From Candidatus Eiseniibacteriota bacterium (lineage in GTDB: Bacteria; Eisenbacteria; RBG-16-71-46): a DNA stretch of 64,000 bases. A model generated the notes under the pieces. The model searched no databases and had not been told where the DNA came from. It saw only the letters and a program-made list of their open reading frames with translations. Position 1 is the first letter of the stretch. Each line of letters starts with the position of its first letter. The stretch spans positions 2,240,001 to 2,304,000 of the forward strand of contig OY970178.1 in the NCBI GenBank assembly GCA_963707915.1, read 5' to 3'. The translations under genes and the position numbers were made by a program. This document shows positions 36,604 to 45,938 of this stretch, piece by piece.

Positions 36604-38033
36604 ACCGGCGCGGCCGCAGCCTGTTCTGGACCATCGCCGGCCTGTTCCTGGGTGCGCTGCTGGTCGGCACGCTCGTCCAGGTCCTGCTCGCCGTCGCCGT
36701 GCTGCGCCCGCTCGAGCTGCGCGAGTCGCGCTCGCGCGCCGAGGTGACCGCTTCCTCGCTCGCCGCCGAGATCGCCTCGTCGCCCGGACACTGGAGCGCC
36801 GCCGAGATGCGCGCGCTCATCGAGCGGCACCGCGCGATGCTCGGCCACGGCCCCGGCGTCTTCGGCTACCGCGACGGCGCGGGCTGGCGGATCACCGACC
36901 CGCCGGACCGCGGGCACTTCCTCGACCGCGTGCAGAGCATGGGCCTGCCGAACCGCGAGGGCGGTCCCGCGCCGCGGGAGTTGATCGTGCGCCGCCCGGT
37001 GATGCGCGGAAGCGAGCGGCTGGGCGAGGTCGTGGTGGTGCGGCCGCTGTGGCCGCGTCACGGGCCGTCGGCCTGGGGCTCCTCCACCGCGTTGCTGTTC
37101 GTCCCGATCGCGCTGGTCGTGTCGGTCGTCGTCGGGCTGCTGCTGGTGCGCGTGCTGGTGCGCCGGCTGCGGGCGATCGAGCTGCTCGCGGCGCGCGTCG
37201 CCGAGGGCGACCTCACGGTGCGCATCGGCGACGCCAGCGGGGACGAGATCGGGCGCCTGGCCGAGCGGCTCGACCGCATGACGGAGCGCCTGCTGGACGC
37301 GCGCACCCACGTCGAGGAGACCGAACAGCAGCGCCGGCAGCTCTTCGCCGACATCACGCACGAACTGGCCACGCCGCTGACCTCGATCCGCGGCTACGCC
37401 GAGACCCTGCTCGACCCCGGCGTGTCCGTCTCCGACGAGGAACGCGCCCGCTATCTGCGCGGCGTGCTGGAGGAATCCCGGCGCCTCGACCGCCTGATCC
37501 GCGACCTGTTCGAGCTGGCGCGGCTCGAGGCCGGGGCCTCGCCGCTCGCGCTCGAGCCGATCGACTGGACCGCGCTGTGCCGCAACACCGCCGAACGCTT
37601 CGCGCCGCGCTTCCGCGAGGCGGGCCTGGAGCTGCACTGGCAGGAGCCCGCGGCCGAGGCCTGGATCCACGCCGACGGCCACCGCATGGAGCAGGTGCTC
37701 GAGAACCTGCTGGTCAACACCCTGCGCTACGTGCCGGCGGGTGGGACCGTGGAGGCTTCGATCGCGCGCCCGGCCGGCCGGGCGGACCGCTTCCGCCTGG
37801 TGGTGAGCGACGACGGGCCCGGACTGCCGGACGCCGAGCGGGCGCACGTCTTCGAGCGCTTCTACCGCGCGGCGGGGACGCGCGGCGCCGGCGCCGCGCG
37901 CGACCAGGGCGGCTCGGGGCTGGGGCTCGCGATCGTGCGGGAGATCGTCGAACGGCACGGCGGCACGATCGCCGCCGAGTCGCGCGCGCCGCACGGACTC
38001 ACCATCGTCGTCGAGTTGCCGGCGCGCGCCTGA
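36600..38033 (+). CDS. HAMP-domain sensor histidine kinase
   Basis: Two TMs, HAMP, H-box 'ITHELATPLT', N/G1/F/G2 boxes. Confidence 0.93.
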   Translation: MNRRGRSLFWTIAGLFLGALLVGTLVQVLLAVAVLRPLELRESRSRAEVTASSLAAEIASSPGHWSAAEMRALIERHRAMLGHGPGVFGYRDGAGWRITDPPDRGHFLDRVQSMGLPNREGGPAPRELIVRRPVMRGSERLGEVVVVRPLWPRHGPSAWGSSTALLFVPIALVVSVVVGLLLVRVLVRRLRAIELLAARVAEGDLTVRIGDASGDEIGRLAERLDRMTERLLDARTHVEETEQQRRQLFADITHELATPLTSIRGYAETLLDPGVSVSDEERARYLRGVLEESRRLDRLIRDLFELARLEAGASPLALEPIDWTALCRNTAERFAPRFREAGLELHWQEPAAEAWIHADGHRMEQVLENLLVNTLRYVPAGGTVEASIARPAGRADRFRLVVSDDGPGLPDAERAHVFERFYRAAGTRGAGAARDQGGSGLGLAIVREIVERHGGTIAAESRAPHGLTIVVELPARA

Positions 38034-38213
38034 GGCGCACCGGCGCACGAGCACCGCCGTCCATCCCACCGCGGCGCCGAACCGCGTCCCGATCGGCGTA
38101 CGGCCGGCGACCGCGGTGCCCACCGGCCCGCCGCGCCGCTCGCGGATCGTGCAGGATGCAACGCGTCTCCGCCCGCCGACCCGCGCGACCACGGGGCGCG
38201 GAGAGATTGACCC

Positions 38214-38242
38214 TTGACGGCCGGAGGCTCCGGGACCATCAT
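38214..38242 (+). promoter_or_regulatory. Putative sigma70 promoter of ncRNA copy 1
   Basis: TTGACG-N17-CATCAT, at the same distance from the conserved element as in copy 2. Confidence 0.6.
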
Positions 38243-38246
38243 TGTG

Positions 38247-38425
38247 GGTGACGCCACGACGAAACGAGGTCGCGGCGTGAACCCACCCCACGAATAGAGT
38301 GGGGTCAGGCCGGCACCGGACTCCTTTGCGGGTCCCACGGCCAATACTGCGAACGACGCCGGTTGAGCGCCACCCCGGGACACGGGTCGAACCGAGAGTC
38401 CCCGAGCGACGAGCGATCGGCGTCG
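38247..38425 (+). ncRNA. Unidentified structured ncRNA candidate, copy 1 (179 nt)
   Basis: Intergenic; paralogous to 45026-45204; several hairpins; one compensatory change; upstream promoter; no conserved ORF. Confidence 0.6.
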
Positions 38426-38539
38426 GGTATTTCGGAGCGGGCCGCCCGCGCGGCCGCCGCGGACGCACGCGGCGCGCAGGCGCCGGGCGCCCGCCCCGGG
38501 ACCGGGCGGAGGTGGGGTGCGCGGAGGCGGCCGGCGGAG

Positions 38540-39691
38540 CTACCCGGCGTCCACCGTCCCGGTCACCCGCGGGTTCTCCGCCACCCCCGGGCCGAAGAAG
38601 CGCTTCTCGAGGTCGGCCCACGTCCATTCCGGCTCGCCCGAGGCCGCCAGTTCGTCGCGCAGGCGCGCGATCTCGTCCTGGTACCAGGCCACGACGGGCC
38701 TGCCGATCCGCAGGCCCTCGAGTTCCGCGGCGAGGTCCGCCGGCCGCAGCAGGCACGCCCAGCCGCGGTCGTAGGGGCTCTCGATGACCAGCCGCGGCGC
38801 GTGCTTCAGCTCCTCGTTCACCTGCGTGACCTCGCCGCCCAGCGGCGCCGGGATGCGGACCCGCTCGTCGCCCCGGACGCACGGTGAACAGCGTCCCGCC
38901 GCGCTTCACGCGTGGGTCCCCGGCGCCGGCAGTTCGACGCGGTCGACGGACTTCAGCGCCTTGCGCGCGAAGTCGTCGAGCCCGGTCCACACCTGGCCGG
39001 CCGGATCGATGCGCGCCCAGGCGTGTCCGGGCGAGACGAACGCGCCGCCCGGCACGCAGTACTCACCCGCCGCCACGCTCTCGGCCCGCGCCGGCGCGAC
39101 CACGCGCACCGTCGGTCGCAGCTGGGCCTCGAGCCGCGCCTCGCGCTTGATGAGGAGGCGCGTCGCCAGCGCGACCAACTCCTCCTCGGTGAAGGGCTTC
39201 TGCGCGTAGTCCACGGCGCCGAACTGCATGGTCTCGACCGCGGTCTCGATGGTGCCGTAGCCGGTGATCACGACGACGTCGAGATCGGGGCGCAGGTGGC
39301 GGGCCGCCTTGACCACCTCCACGCCGTCCATCACGGGCATCTTGAGGTCGGTGAACAGGAAGTCGTACGGATGGGCGCGCAGCAGCGTGAGCGCCTCGGG
39401 ACCGCTCTCCACGGTGTCCACGCTGAAGCCGGCGAGCACCAGGATCTTCCGGAAGCTGTCGAGGATGACGGGCTCGTCGTCCACCGCCAGGATGCGCGCA
39501 CGCGCTCCCGGCACCTCCGCGCGCTTCAGGCTCTTCGCCTCGTCGGCGAACGACAGCTGGAGCGCGCTCGTCAGGACGGCCTCGCGCTCGCGTTGCTCGC
39601 GCGCCGTGGCCATGCGCCGGGTGGCCGTGCGCACGATCAGGTCGGCGATGACGAAGAAGACGACCAGCAGGACCATCAGCAGAGCAGTCAT
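38540..39691 (-). CDS. Membrane-anchored REC domain fused to a GcvH-like domain (two apparent frameshifts)
   Basis: TM, 'ILAVDDE...FTDLKMP...ITGY...KPF', then 'GHAWAR...GLDDFA...VELP...APLGGEVTQVNEEL...SPYDRGW'; breaks near 38910 and 38875. Confidence 0.75.
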
Positions 39692-40086
39692 GGCTTCCGT
39701 TCCTCGCGGGCATCCGCGGCCGGGGAAAGCACGCGTCGCACCAGGGTCAACAGCTCCGAATCATCGAAAGGCTTGGGCAGGAACGCCGCGGCGCCCGCGG
39801 TGAGGACGAGTTCCTCCTGCTCGGGCGTGGCGTACCCGGTGGTCATCACGATGGGCAGCTCCGGGCGGCGCGCGCGGATGGTCCGCAACGCGTCGAACCC
39901 GGAGAGCCCGGGGAGCATCAGGTCGCAGATCACGAGACGGCAGCCGGCCAGGGCCGGGTGCGTGAGCGCGGTCTCCGCGTCGGGGACCGCGGTGACCGCG
40001 AACCCCGCGTGCCCGAGGACCAGCCGGATCGCGTCCGACACGACCGGCTCGTCGTCCACGACGAGGATATCGCAGCGGTCCGTCAT
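39688..40086 (-). CDS. Single-domain response regulator
   Basis: 'ILVVDDE', 'CDLMLP', 'TTGY', 'KPF'. Confidence 0.9.
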   Translation of the reverse strand: MTDRCDILVVDDEPVVSDAIRLVLGHAGFAVTAVPDAETALTHPALAGCRLVICDLMLPGLSGFDALRTIRARRPELPIVMTTGYATPEQEELVLTAGAAAFLPKPFDDSELLTLVRRVLSPAADAREERKP

Positions 40087-42100
40087 GACGCGCCCCCCGT
40101 CCCGTCCGGGGGCCCGCCGGCCGGGCGGGCCGCCGCCCGCGGGGCGACCGGCGCGGTCCGCCCCGGGCCCGGTTCGCCGCGCGCGTCGGGCATCGGGACC
40201 GCGGCCGGCGCCTCGGCGCCGGGGGCTCGGGCACCCGGCAGGGGATGCGCAGGGTGAAGCACGTGCCGCGGCCGGGCTCGCTCGCGACCGCGATCGAACC
40301 GCCGTGCCCCTCGACGATGCCCCAGGTCACGGCCAGGCCCAGCCCCGTGCCGCGCGCCCCCTTGGTCGTGAAGAAGGGCTCGAACAGCCGGTCCATCTCC
40401 TCCGGCGCGATGCCGCGTCCCGTGTCCTCCACCTCGATCTGCGCGTACGGTTGCGCCCCGACGGCATCCAGCGCCTCCCAGCGGCTGCCGGGACAGCCCT
40501 TGCGCGCGCACCAACTCGCCGCGCCGAGGCGCGCCACCTGCACGCCGAACATCGGCGCCCCGCATTCCGCGCAGCGCCGCTCCGGCAACTCGAGCCGCGC
40601 GCGGCAGGCGGGGCACAGGTAGGCGGCGATGACGCCCTCGTCGCACGGCTGCGACGCGCGGTGGTTCGCGCGGCCGTACACCGGGTCGAGGTGCACGACC
40701 GCCTCGCGGTCCATGACGCGCCGGATCACGCGGATCGCCGGGACCCCGGCGAGCCGCACGTGCGGGTCGAGCAGGTCGCAGCCCTTCGGGCACCGCGCGC
40801 TGCGGATCGTGGCGTTCCCGCGCGGCGGCACCGCCACCGCGGAGGTGCGCACGCGGATCGAACCGCCCGGCGGCGCGTCGTCGCCCGCCATCGCGTCCGC
40901 CGCGTTGAGCAGCAGGTTCACCACGACCTGCTGGACCTGGTTCTCGTCCGCCGGGACCGGCGCGAGATCGGACGCCAGCTCGAGCTCCACGCCGACGTGC
41001 GCCAGCGCCAGCTGGTTGGTGACGATGGTGCGGGCCCGTCGCACGACCTCGTTGAGGTCGGTCGGCACCCGCTTCGGCGGGGTCTGGCGGGCGAAGTCGA
41101 GGAGCCCGCGCACGATCTCGCGACAGCGCTTGGTCTCGCGCACGATGACGTCGAGGTCCGCGCGGGTCTCGGGGTCGTGCTCCGCGCGCTTCTCGAGGAA
41201 CGAGGCGTAGGTCAGCACGCCGGTGAGCGGGTTGTTGATCTCGTGCGCCACGCCGGCGGCGAGCCGGCCGACCGAGGCGAGCTTGTCGGCCTGGGCGAGC
41301 TGGCGCTGCGCCTCGTTCAGCCGGCTCGTCATGTGGTTGAAGGCGCGCGCGAGGTCGCCGAGCTCGTGCCGCGCCGTCGCGGGCACGGCGGTCGAGAGGT
41401 CGCCCTGGGCGACCCGGCGCGTGCTCGCGATGAGCACCGCCACCGGGCGGAGGATCAGCTGGCGGCTCAGCCACCACAGCAGCGCGCTGCTCGCGGCGAT
41501 CGCCAGCACGGCGAGCAGGATCAGGTTGCGCTGGTCGTGCGCGATCTGGCGGTCGGCCTCGGCGAGCGACAGGTTCACGTCGAGGACGCCGAGCACGGAC
41601 TCCCCGCGCGTGTGCGCGTGGCAGTCGGCGGTCCAGCAGCTCGACTGGTTGGCGATCGGCCGGATCATGCCGAGCACGCGGTGCCCGTCGCCGGCGCGGT
41701 AGATGCGGGCGCGGGCGTGGATCGGCAGCCGCTCGAGCGGGCGCCCGGCCGCGTGGCACGCGTAGCAGGCCTCGGCCCGCTTGTCGACCGCGCGGCCGAT
41801 CTCGGCCTCGTCGGAGGAGAACATCACGGTCCCGGTGCCGTTGAAGAGCCGGACCCGCTCGATGCCCTGCTGCCGGCCGATCGTGACGATCTCGCGGTGG
41901 ACCGCCTCCCGGCGGTTCTCGAGCATGTCGTGGTAGGTGCTGCTGGCGATGGTCTCGCTCAGCTGGTCGGCGCTGCGGGTGAGCTGGGCGATGAGCGCCC
42001 CCTGGTGGGCGCGCAGGATGATGACCGACATGACGCCGATCACCGCGGCCGTGACCGCCGCCACGCCCAGGATCGCCAGCGTCCCGATGCCCGCCTTCAA
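40083..42100 (-). CDS. Sensor histidine kinase with a haem-motif periplasmic domain and a Cys-rich insert (C-terminal frameshift)
   Basis: TM, 'CYACH' and 'CWTADCH', TM, HAMP, 'VAHEINNPL', N-box, Cys-rich insert, 'EDTGRGI...FEPFFTTK..GTGLGL'; break at 40241-40244. Confidence 0.85.
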
Positions 42101-43280
42101 GGCTTCGCTCCCCGCGGCGCCGGGACCGGACGGCCCGCGGTCGCGCGGCCCGGCCCGGGGAAGACGGGCAGGAAGCGCACCGCGAGCGCGAAGGCGGCGA
42201 ATCCGATGGCGACCAGACCGACGGACACCACGACCTCCATCCAGGTCGGCGCGTAGCGCGTGCCACTGGCCCGTTCGAGACCGGTCACGCTCACGTTGAG
42301 CCGGTGCATGATGAAGCCTAGCACAGCGAAGGCCGCGCCGGTCACGAGCCCGGCGGACGAGTTGCGGACGCGCGGCCAGGCCAGCAGCGCGACCGGCAGC
42401 ACGACGCCCGAGCCCGAACTCGACCAGGAACATCCGTCCCTCGTAGGTCGGGTTGCAGAGCGAGCGGCAGCGCGCCGCTGCGCGCCAGCGCCTGCAGGCG
42501 CAGCACGCCGAACACCGCGAGCACCACGACCATCGCCCGTCCGAGCGGCTCGAGCAGGTCCAGCTCGAGCCGCCGGCCGAAGGCCCGGCCGCTCAGGTGC
42601 GACTCGACGATGATCATCCCGAGCCCGGCGCCGATGGCCGAGACGTAGAACAGCAGCGGCAGCGTCGGCGAGTACCAGAGCGGGTGCAGCTTCTGGGGCA
42701 CGATCAGGTAGAGCGACCCCAGCGAGGACTGGTGCAGCGTGGAGAGCAGCACGCCCGACGATCACCAGCGGGGTGTTCACCCCGTGCAGGATCCGGCGCG
42801 CCCGCTCGAAGCCGAAGCGCTCGAGCACGAGGGGCACGAACTCGAGCGTCAGCACCGTGGTGTAGAGCATCACGCACCAGGCGACCTCGAACATCACCGA
42901 GTGCGGGTTCCAGAACACCATCGCGTGCCAGATGCGCCACGGCTGGCCGAGGTCGAAGAGCAGCGCGAACACCACGAACAGGTAGCCGAGGAACCCGGTC
43001 AGCACCGTGGGGCGCACGATCGGCTCGAAGCGACGGATGTGGAACAGGTGCACGACCGCCATGAGGTGAACGCGCCGGCCGCGAGCCCGACCCCGCAGAG
43101 GATGTCGAAGCCGATCCACAGGCCCCAGGGAACGCGGTCGCTCAGGTGGGTCGTCGCCCCGAGGCCGCGCGTGAAGCGCAGCACCGCGACGACCAGGAAG
43201 AGGCCGAGGAGCGCGAAGAAGACCGCGGTCCAGAACCCGATGCGCGGCCGGCGGGGCGCGGCTTCGAGCGTGGCGCTCAT
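42097..43280 (-). CDS. NrfD/HybB/HmcC-type membrane subunit (four apparent frameshifts)
   Basis: 'TTHLSDRVPWGLWIGFD..CGVGLAAG', 'FDLGQPWRIWH', 'SVMFEVAWC', 'LSTLHQSSLG', 'HRLNV' distributed over several frames. Confidence 0.8.
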
Positions 43281-44060
43281 GGTCCCGGCCGCTCGTCGCG
43301 GCGCGGCCCGGCGGGCGGCTCGACCGGGGCGTCGGGGGCCTCGCTCCGGCGGACCTCCGCGCGGCGGCTGGTGATCCAGTGGATGCCGAAGAGGGACACG
43401 GCCGCGACCGTGACGATGTCGGGCAGCTGCGAGAGCACCTGCCAGGTGAGCGCGGGCAGCGGCTCGCGCGGCAGGCCGTCCGGCAGGCCGAGTCGCGCGA
43501 ACGGCACCCCGGCCAGCAGGAGCACCGCCGTGCCGCCGGCTTCGTCGAGCCCGTAGATGCGGTCCACGTAGCGCGCCGGGGCGTGCGCGATCCGGTCGCG
43601 CGCCTCGCGAATCAACGCCGCGCGCTCGCCGCTGAGGGTCGCGCCCGTCGGGCAGACCTGGGCACAGGCCACCGGCTGGCCGGCGGCGAGCCGCGGTGCG
43701 CACATCACGCACTTGCCCACCAGCGGGACCGGACGGTCCCACTGGTACTTCGGGACGTCGAACGGGCACGCCATGATGCAGTAGCGGCAGCCGATGCACA
43801 GCTTCGAGTCGTAGATCACCGGCCCCGCGGCCGTCTTCTTCATCGCGCCCGACCGGGCACACCGAAGCGCAGGTCGGCGTGAGGCAGTGCATGCAGAGGC
43901 GGCGCACGTTCACCCCGGCCCGTCGCTCGACGACGGTCCAGGTGTAGGCCGTGGTCTGCGGCTCGATCCGGTGGGGCAGGCCGTTCTGCTCCTTGCACGC
44001 CGCCGAGCAGGCGCCGCAGCCGATGCAGCGCGTCGAGTCGAACAGGATCCCCCGGCTCAC
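43277..44060 (-). CDS. 4Fe-4S dicluster protein, HybA/HmcB-like (one apparent frameshift)
   Basis: CIGCGACSAAC, CMHCLTPTCASVCP, CIGCRYCIMACP, KCVMC...CAQVCP, C-terminal TM; break at 43848-43850. Confidence 0.85.
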
Positions 44061-44776
44061 GGCCGGGCCCCGGGCTCGGCGTGGCAGCGCGAACAGGCGT
44101 CCGGGTCGGCCGCGGCGAAGGCCTGCTTGCCGTCGTGGCAGGCCCCGCACGCCGCGCGCTCGTGCATCCCGCCACCCGGCCGGGGAGACGTGAAGGTCAT
44201 CTTGAAGGGCTTCGGATGGCATCGCGCGCAGCCGCCCGCGCCGAGCAGGTGCGGCTCGTGCCGGAAGGTGACCACCCCGGGGGAGGCGTCGCTCGCGGGA
44301 TAGGCATGCGGTCCCGGCAGGCGGCGGGCAGCGGTCCCGGCCAGGTCCCGGGCGCCCGCGGCGGTCAGGCCGGGCAGAGGACCGGTGTGGCAGGTGCGGC
44401 ACTTGCCGGAATCCAGGACCCCGAACGCCTGCTTCCCGTCGTGACACATGCCGCAGCCCCCTCCAGCGTTCATGTCCCGATGCGCCTGGGCTGGCCCCCT
44501 GCGCAGGATGGGGAACGGTCGAAGATGGCAGCCCGTGCACCGGTTCCCGGCGAACGCCACGTGGCTCTGGTGGCTGAAGACCACCGCGCTATCCGAGCCA
44601 ACGACAAAGTCATAGACGATGTCGGCGGGCAGGCGCAGCGCCGCGGGGGCAACTCGCGCCGAATCGCGCGCGCCCCGCTCGGCGCCGGGCGCGACCGCTG
44701 GACCCATGAATTGCGCTGCGAGCAGGACCGCCCATGCGCACCAGGCACGCAGGATGCGGCAGGAGGGTGAACCCAA
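44057..44776 (-). CDS. Hexahaem c-type cytochrome (two c7-like modules)
   Basis: Six CxxCH motifs; repeated 'VVFSH/VTFRH...C..CHDGKQAF'; TTG start with a GGAAGGAG RBS. Confidence 0.88.
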   Translation of the reverse strand: MGSPSCRILRAWCAWAVLLAAQFMGPAVAPGAERGARDSARVAPAALRLPADIVYDFVVGSDSAVVFSHQSHVAFAGNRCTGCHLRPFPILRRGPAQAHRDMNAGGGCGMCHDGKQAFGVLDSGKCRTCHTGPLPGLTAAGARDLAGTAARRLPGPHAYPASDASPGVVTFRHEPHLLGAGGCARCHPKPFKMTFTSPRPGGGMHERAACGACHDGKQAFAAADPDACSRCHAEPGARP

Positions 44777-44813
44777 GGAATCTCCTTCCCGACCAGGATG
44801 AGTATTACTACGG

Positions 44814-44842
44814 ATGGTAGCGTCCCTTTACTTCCGTGTGAA
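44814..44842 (-). promoter_or_regulatory. Putative sigma70 promoter of the redox cassette
   Basis: Minus strand TTCACA-N17-TACCAT in an AT-enriched stretch. Confidence 0.5.
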
Positions 44843-44992
44843 GTGACAACTCCGAGTCGGGGCCGATGAGCCGTGCCGGGCCCCGCCAGGGCCCGGCGGC
44901 AAGGAGGATCACGGGGTTCCCCGGGGGTGAACCGGCCTCGAGCGTCCGGCGGCGACCGCGCCGGAGCCGATCGGCAGGTGGCAGAGAACCCC

Positions 44993-45021
44993 TTGACAGC
45001 CCCGGGGGGCGGAACAATGCT
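44993..45021 (+). promoter_or_regulatory. Putative sigma70 promoter of ncRNA copy 2
   Basis: Consensus -35 TTGACA, then N17 and AATGCT. Confidence 0.62.
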
Positions 45022-45025
45022 CTTT

Positions 45026-45204
45026 GGTGACGCCACGACGCAGAGATTTCGGCGTTAGGTCACCCCCCACGTTTCGAGTGGGGTCGGGCCGGCAGCGGGC
45101 TCCCGTGCGGGCCCCTCGGCCATCACTGCGAACGACGCCGGTTGAGCGCCACCCCGGGACACGGATGCATTGGAGAGTCCCTGAGCGACGAGCGATCGGC
45201 GTCG
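45026..45204 (+). ncRNA. Unidentified structured ncRNA candidate, copy 2 (179 nt)
   Basis: Paralogue of 38247-38425 sharing identical blocks of 40 nt and 22 nt and the same stems. Confidence 0.6.
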
Positions 45205-45314
45205 ACTATTGGGGGCGCACCGCCGGGAGCATCCCCCGGGGATCCCCGGCCACCACGGGGGCTCGCAGCTGACGCCGGTCCGCGCCCCGCGGGGGCGCGC
45301 CGCTCTGCCGCCGG

Positions 45315-45884
45315 TTACAGCCCCAACTCGCCCCGGATACCCCGAAGCGCCTCGAGCGTGGTGGCGATGTGCGAGTCGAGCTCGACCCCCAGCTCGGCCG
45401 CGCCCCGGACGATGTCCTCGCGGCTCACGTTCCGGGCGAAGTCGGCGCGCTTCATCTTCTTCCTGACCCCCGCCACCTCGACCTCGTCGAGCGACTTGTG
45501 CGGCGTGATGAGCGCGCAGGCCACCAGGAAGCCGCACAGCTCGTCACAGGCGTAGAGCACCCGCGCCATCGGCGTCCCGCGCGGCACCCCGGTGTGGGTC
45601 GCGTGACCGAGCACCGCCTGGCAGATGTCCTCCGGCCAGCCCAGCCCGCGCAGCACCTTCACCCCCTCGAGCGGATGGCGCTCGGCGTCGGGGTGACGCT
45701 CCCAGTCGAAGTCGTGGACCAGGCCGGCCAGTCCCCAGCGCTCCTCGTCGGCGCCCAGCAGGCGCGCGTGGTGACGCATCGCGGCCTCGACCGCCAGGCA
45801 GTGCTTGCGCAGGTTCGGGTTCTGGATCCACTCGTGCAGCAGCGCGAGCGCCTGCTCGCGGGTGGGAAGGGCGGGGTCGCTCAC
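45315..45884 (-). CDS. HD-domain (HDIG-type) metal-dependent hydrolase
   Basis: 'LRKHCLAVE', 'LVHDFD', 'LGHA', 'ACDELCG'. Confidence 0.88.
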   Translation of the reverse strand: MSDPALPTREQALALLHEWIQNPNLRKHCLAVEAAMRHHARLLGADEERWGLAGLVHDFDWERHPDAERHPLEGVKVLRGLGWPEDICQAVLGHATHTGVPRGTPMARVLYACDELCGFLVACALITPHKSLDEVEVAGVRKKMKRADFARNVSREDIVRGAAELGVELDSHIATTLEALRGIRGELGL

Positions 45885-45938
45885 GGTACGGTCCTCAGGA
45901 GGCGGGCGGCGCGGTGCCCGGCGGTGCAGCGGATCCGC

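Noticed and set aside
38248..38280. Short ORF (M)TPRRNEVAA* at the start of ncRNA copy 1
   Set aside because: The frame and stop are not conserved in copy 2, and there is no RBS
38308..38360. GGCCGGCA...CTGCGAA resembling an HDV-like ribozyme
   Set aside because: P1.1, P3/L3 and P2 could not be built consistently in both copies
38343..38366. AATACT-GCG-AAC-GAC looks like a tmRNA resume site (reading ANDAG*)
   Set aside because: No tRNA-like acceptor or T-arm ends, the tag is too short and lacks terminal AA, and the element is about half tmRNA size
39761..40240. Apparent long C-terminal extension of the haem-sensor kinase overlapping the REC gene
   Set aside because: Explained by a one-base deletion at 40241-40244; the corrected frame stops at 40083, coupled to the REC start
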